The position numbers were made by a program, and so were the translations under genes. A stretch of DNA of 64,000 bases from NCBI RefSeq assembly GCF_022045235.1, contig NW_027266343.1, positions 44,640,001 to 44,704,000 of the forward strand. The letters are read 5' to 3'. Below the pieces are notes generated by a model. The model searched no databases. It was not told where the DNA came from and saw only the letters and a list, made by a program, of their open reading frames with translations. Shown in pieces: positions 61,401 through 64,000 of this stretch (position 1 is its first letter; each line of letters opens with the position of its first letter). The stretch is from Haliotis cracherodii. Its lineage: Eukaryota.

Positions 61401-62723
61401 ATGATCTTATAATAATGATACAATATGATATGATGTTATAGAATATGTTGTATGATATAACAAGTTGTGATATGGTAATATAGAAATTATGAAATTACAG
61501 GGTATGGTATTGTACTGTATGTGTGAAATTATGCGTTGAAATGTGAGGTGGAATGACGTGAGGTGATCTGGTGATATATGTACATAAATTGTATAAAACT
61601 GTATATTCTTCAGATTGTACTATAGGCCTGTGGCCTCTTCAGTATGTGAAATAAAGATTAGATTAGATAATCGTGTTGATGTCATACTATTTACGACACG
61701 AGTGTTCAAATTCCGGTATTTCCCGAGCGATATCGATGGTCAAGTGAGTTGCTCCTCGTAGATGTAGCTGAGCAACGGAGATAAACGCAATGGCCGAACG
61801 ATCGCTTCCAAAATTGAGAGATATATGACAATCGCTGTTGGGAGCAAATGTACAGATAATAGACATGAAAATTGGGAGCATATGCGGGAAATCTCGCCGC
61901 TTACGACAAGCATCGTCACTTTTTACGGAAAGCATGGATATCATTCCACAGCCATGATGCAGGACAAATACTTCCGGCGTGTCATGTCGTGTTACAGAGG
62001 TTGTTATGGACGAGTCAACTCAATTACATAATCATGACTTTTATTGCACAGAAACGCCCACATGAACCACACAACAATCTCTACATTTGAATGTTAAGAG
62101 ATACGTTCACACAACACTTTTATGTGAGAATGTTTAAAAACATTAGTTCACCTAACCGAATTTACCTTTTACAGTATTTCATCTCGGCAAATTAATTTAG
62201 TGCTAAAGTTTATTTATTTTATTGATATAGTCTGCGCCGCGTTTTGTAATGTTTTCATATTTTATTTTCTCCCCCTCCCTACCTCCAAATTCTGTTCCAG
62301 TATTCCAATCCTAACTCCATTCTAAAATCCATTCCACACTTTACACTATGACCGATATATGGTATGACCCCATTTGATATATCTACTCTAGGATAAGCGA
62401 ACATACTGTAGCGGGGAGAAAGCACAGGCGTCCACTATCACCTATGTTTGTGAAATTTGTCAAACCTGTTCCGTCAACGGTGTCTGGCTACATTTAACTA
62501 AGGCCTACACGTAACAAATCTGAGAACAAATCTGACCTTCCACATTCTGGCACAGTACACACCAGTCCGGTGTGTTGGTGGTAGACAGGGTGTGCAGTTG
62601 ACAGATCTTTTTTATCTGTATCCCAGCGAGATTGTAGGGAAGGCGATGTATGTCCTGATGGGGGTTAGGGGTTGTAGAGAAGCCTCGTACGATAACACAA
62701 CGCTGATCAATCCTGTCCTCCAT
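31609..62723 (-). CDS. PARP14: PARP14-like macro-PARP, copy B (complete; 26 coding exons, 2269 aa; 4 macrodomains, WWE, mono-ART domain)
   Basis: All 25 introns are GT-AG with matching phases, exon lengths sum to 6810 nt, and there is no internal stop. Motifs: RRM-like RTIEVHG..YYFENERRGGGD, macro GDIT..IVNAAN..GIFGYP, WWE VQWYY..AYD..N..IE, ART LWHGT..YGNGVYFA..FVIFNDTQAYPKYLI. Confidence 0.9.
32667..32841 (-). CDS. PARP14: copy B exon 25, ART domain (LWHGT)
   Basis: IERVQN..LWHGT..GFNRSYCGKN. Confidence 0.94.
33425..33564 (-). CDS. PARP14: copy B exon 24, ART domain start
   Basis: PHHWETM..EYRSV; AG/GTGAGT. Confidence 0.9.
34569..34893 (-). CDS. PARP14: copy B exon 23, WWE domain
   Basis: VQWYY..AYDQNTNKLIE..YIIDFKDMVE. 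Confidence 0.92.
35053..35133 (-). CDS. PARP14: copy B exon 22 (ILRLQSIARQRGVSIDINTRLGRIRLQ)
   Basis: atgcag|ATC...CAG|gtgagc. Confidence 0.85.
35550..35776 (-). CDS. PARP14: copy B exon 21, KH-like
   Basis: gtgtag|GC...AAG|gtagtt; 227 nt open. Confidence 0.82.
35932..36200 (-). mobile_element. tRNA-related SINE; family relatives at about 16020, 22990, 27140, 28285, 37080, 53350 and 59210
   Basis: Shared agaaacctatgattgtgggtt motif and aagcggcgttaaa..actcact tail. Confidence 0.72.
36250..36453 (-). CDS. PARP14: copy B exon 20, macrodomain 4 end
   Basis: LKYVTEVRLVLYE; AG/GT. Confidence 0.87.
37282..37461 (-). CDS. PARP14: copy B exon 19, macrodomain 4 (VIHY..SVALPALGQG)
   Basis: caacag|AA...CAAG|gtaagc; 180 nt. 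Confidence 0.88.
38240..38830 (-). mobile_element. CR1/L2-group LINE 3' fragment
   Basis: IWG..IESVHL..K.FLGVK, GECGRYPL, NWVSKIK.LL..GFGYVW. Confidence 0.8.
39033..39098 (-). CDS. PARP14: copy B exon 18, macrodomain 4 (GTINQVLLRKYP...)
   Basis: ttacag|GA...AAAG|gtgagc; phase 1/1. Confidence 0.8.
39240..39316. repeat. (TG)n microsatellite
   Basis: perfect dinucleotide run. Confidence 0.98.
39804..39935 (-). CDS. PARP14: copy B exon 17, macrodomain 4 start (FTLKHGDLLKENVDCIMNSVD)
   Basis: caacag|AA...AAAG|gtaatt; macro GD-L/D-I-N motif; not in ORF track. Confidence 0.87.
40199..40286 (-). CDS. PARP14: copy B exon 16
   Basis: 88 nt; weak donor CAG|gttctc. Confidence 0.75.
40500..40721 (-). 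CDS. PARP14: copy B exon 15 (FPTLGIGLSGY)
   Basis: 222 nt. Confidence 0.9.
41559..41780 (-). CDS. PARP14: copy B exon 14
   Basis: 222 nt. Confidence 0.9.
41921..41970 (-). CDS. PARP14: copy B exon 13
   Basis: 50 nt, AG/GT. Confidence 0.82.
42313..42364 (-). CDS. PARP14: copy B exon 12
   Basis: 52 nt, AG/GTGAGT. Confidence 0.8.
43254..43668 (+). mobile_element. 5'-truncated Penelope-like element (GIY-YIG C-terminus plus 3' repeat), B only
   Basis: Encodes KRKLTEAVHIRRHKPSINRDQG; 12-bp TSD catgtcatatga at 43242-43253 and 43669-43680; empty site in A near 2775. Confidence 0.88.
43578..43615 (+). ncRNA. Penelope-type minimal hammerhead ribozyme motif
   Basis: GC-UUGACAA-C-GGUAUA(aggauc)UAUACC-GAAAC-GUC^GC; perfect 6-bp stem II; palindromic ACGU helix III. 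Confidence 0.68.
44169..44215 (-). pseudogene. relic macrodomain-start pseudo-exon in B intron 11 (AHEKVIILSGDIASIK)
   Basis: AG acceptor, phase and length like exons 9/13, macro GDI motif, no GT donor. Confidence 0.6.
44889..46115 (+). mobile_element. Tc1-like transposon, decayed and 3'-truncated (B only)
   Basis: HTH with GRPRKT, WSDE, DDNARPH and WPSCSPDLNPIEHLW motifs with stops; TA at the left end. Confidence 0.92.
46820..47041 (-). CDS. PARP14: copy B exon 11
   Basis: 222 nt, PALGTG. Confidence 0.92.
47630..47893 (-). CDS. PARP14: copy B exon 10
   Basis: 264 nt, one codon longer than in A. Confidence 0.9.
48442..48506 (-). CDS. PARP14: copy B exon 9
   Basis: 65 nt, AG/GT. Confidence 0.87.
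48745..49251 (-). CDS. PARP14: copy B exon 8, macrodomain 1
   Basis: 507 nt, GIFGYP. Confidence 0.93.
49410..49487. repeat. (TA)n microsatellite, expanded in B intron 7
   Basis: Long run in B versus a short run in A near 11913. Confidence 0.97.
49509..51215 (-). CDS. PARP14: copy B exon 7
   Basis: 1707 nt open. Confidence 0.93.
51426..51668 (-). CDS. PARP14: copy B exon 6
   Basis: 243 nt, AG/GT. Confidence 0.88.
52448..52690 (-). CDS. PARP14: copy B exon 5
   Basis: 243 nt, AG/GT. Confidence 0.88.
53504..53707 (-). CDS. PARP14: copy B exon 4
   Basis: 204 nt, AG/GT. Confidence 0.88.
53717..54715 (+). mobile_element. decayed Penelope-like RT fragment (B intron 3)
   Basis: Paralogue of 16385-17250; GIHMGTNY. 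Confidence 0.8.
55050..55990 (-). mobile_element. decayed L1/Tx1-like RT fragment (B intron 3, internally deleted)
   Basis: Paralogue of 17960-19270. Confidence 0.75.
56152..56755 (-). CDS. PARP14: copy B exon 3, low-complexity region
   Basis: 604 nt, AG/GT. Confidence 0.82.
58101..58213 (-). CDS. PARP14: copy B exon 2
   Basis: ttgcag|AT...GAG|gtatgt; 6 nt shorter than in A, frame kept. Confidence 0.78.
60076..61666 (+). mobile_element. 5'-truncated CR1/L2-group LINE with degenerate (ATATG)n 3' UTR, B only
   Basis: YGECRRFPL and RFRCSSHDLLIETGRY motifs; ends in AATAAA plus (GATTA)n; 15-bp TSD ataatcgtgttgatg at 60061 and 61667. Confidence 0.88.
62537..62723 (-). CDS. PARP14: copy B exon 1
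   Basis: ATG; donor gtcaga, phase 1. Confidence 0.75.
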
Positions 62724-62737
62724 GATGAAAAGAATCT

Positions 62738-62750
62738 ACTTTCTCTTTCG
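62738..62750 (-). promoter_or_regulatory. ISRE/IRF-E-like motif CGAAAGAGAAAGT 15 nt upstream of the copy B ATG
   Basis: Matches GAAANNGAAA; TSS unknown, and short motifs occur by chance. Confidence 0.38.
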
Positions 62751-64000
62751 ATTTGAAATATTTCCCCCAATCATACCCCAAAATAGCTCATACAATTAGC
62801 ATGATAATAGTGTTATTTTATGACACTCGCCAAGGCTTTATCGGACAGGTATTCTTTTTACCTGTTCGTCGTGTTTACTTACGTATCGCTAATAATGAGT
62901 TTTATCATTTCATGTGTTTTTATCGTCTCCAAATACTCAAAGAAGTTTCATAAAATCACATGTCGTTGTGCGGAGTTTTCGTTTGCAATGCTGTAAGGGT
63001 CTTTTTCGAGGAGGTAAGCGGCCCGAACAGACAGTGTTGTGCTTCCGGTTGTTTCCACACGTGTCGGAGGGTACGGTTAGTCTGTAATTGTGCTGATACG
63101 GATGCATATACTGGCAACTATAACATCCGCATTTGTACTTTCATGATACTGTCATTCGTGGACAGAATTAGATATTGACATTGATTATTGATTCATGACT
63201 GGCATTGAGACGGGTAAACTAAATGTTCTACTTAATTTTAGGTTAGTCAGTGGCTTCACAGCTTATATTGGTATCTTCATGCGTTACTTCCAAATATGTC
63301 ACGCAGGAAAAAATATTTCTATCCCTTTATTATGCAGATAATAGTCATGTCTATCTTCCCACAGCATGATCATGGCTAAGTCGTCTACTTTATAACTCAA
63401 ATAACAAGAACTCCGAGAGTAAACATGCAAGTGGTAAACCTCCCTTAGGGCTAATTTTAGACATGACAAGCAATATCAAAGGAGTCTATGCCTGGTAAAC
63501 TGCTTTCTTGTCAAAATTCTTAACTAGGTTTATTGTTATGACTTTGACAAAGTATCATTATCTTGGCTACATCGGTAATGGTGGGTTAGTGCTAAACCAT
63601 GTCAAAACGACACTAGATTGGAGAAAACGGCACCAAGATAGACAAAACTGGCATTGCCACCTTGCGTTTCCAACAGCACTGTCTCTTCATAATATTGTTA
63701 TAGTATTTTGATTCCATATCAATAAAACATGAGGTGGACTTTGTATGTCATATTATAGAATTTTATTCTAGTCACTGTTAACACGGATAATTAATGATGA
63801 TACATAATAGTCTTGACTAGCCAATCCAGTGATTGATATCTTGAGCATTGATCCACGCAACTGGCATATGATGACATGCATCAACCTAGTCAGTGAGCCT
63901 AGCCACCCAATCCTGTTAGCCATCTCACAATCTAGTACGACAAGTATAATCACCTCTTACAACAGGCATGGGTTGCTGTAGACCATGATCATGATGGTTT

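Overview
Eukaryotic, AT-rich, intron-rich animal DNA. The SINE families suggest a mollusc, possibly abalone (inference). The window holds two head-to-tail minus-strand paralogues of a PARP14-like macro-PARP gene. Copy B is complete: I reconstructed 26 phase-consistent coding exons from 62723 to 31609 (6810 nt, 2269 aa). Its architecture is RRM-like, P/G/Y/Q-rich low-complexity, RRM-like x3, KH-like region, FOUR macrodomains, KH-like, WWE, and an ART domain with an H-Y-M triad. Copy A (ATG at 26556) has exons 1-16 in the window and runs off the left edge. Macrodomains 2 and 3 are each encoded by an identically phased 4-exon cassette, and intron 11 keeps relics consistent with a further lost cassette. 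The paralogues differ mainly in exon 1, in macrodomain ligand-binding loops, and in expression signals (ISRE-like motif, upstream ATG, GC donor). Introns carry CR1/L2-like, Tx1-like, Penelope-like, Tc1 and Harbinger relics plus several SINEs. Two Penelope-derived minimal hammerhead-ribozyme motifs are present, one in sense orientation just after the stop codon of copy B. All exon calls are manual, from splice consensus, phase and paralogue comparison, with no transcript evidence.
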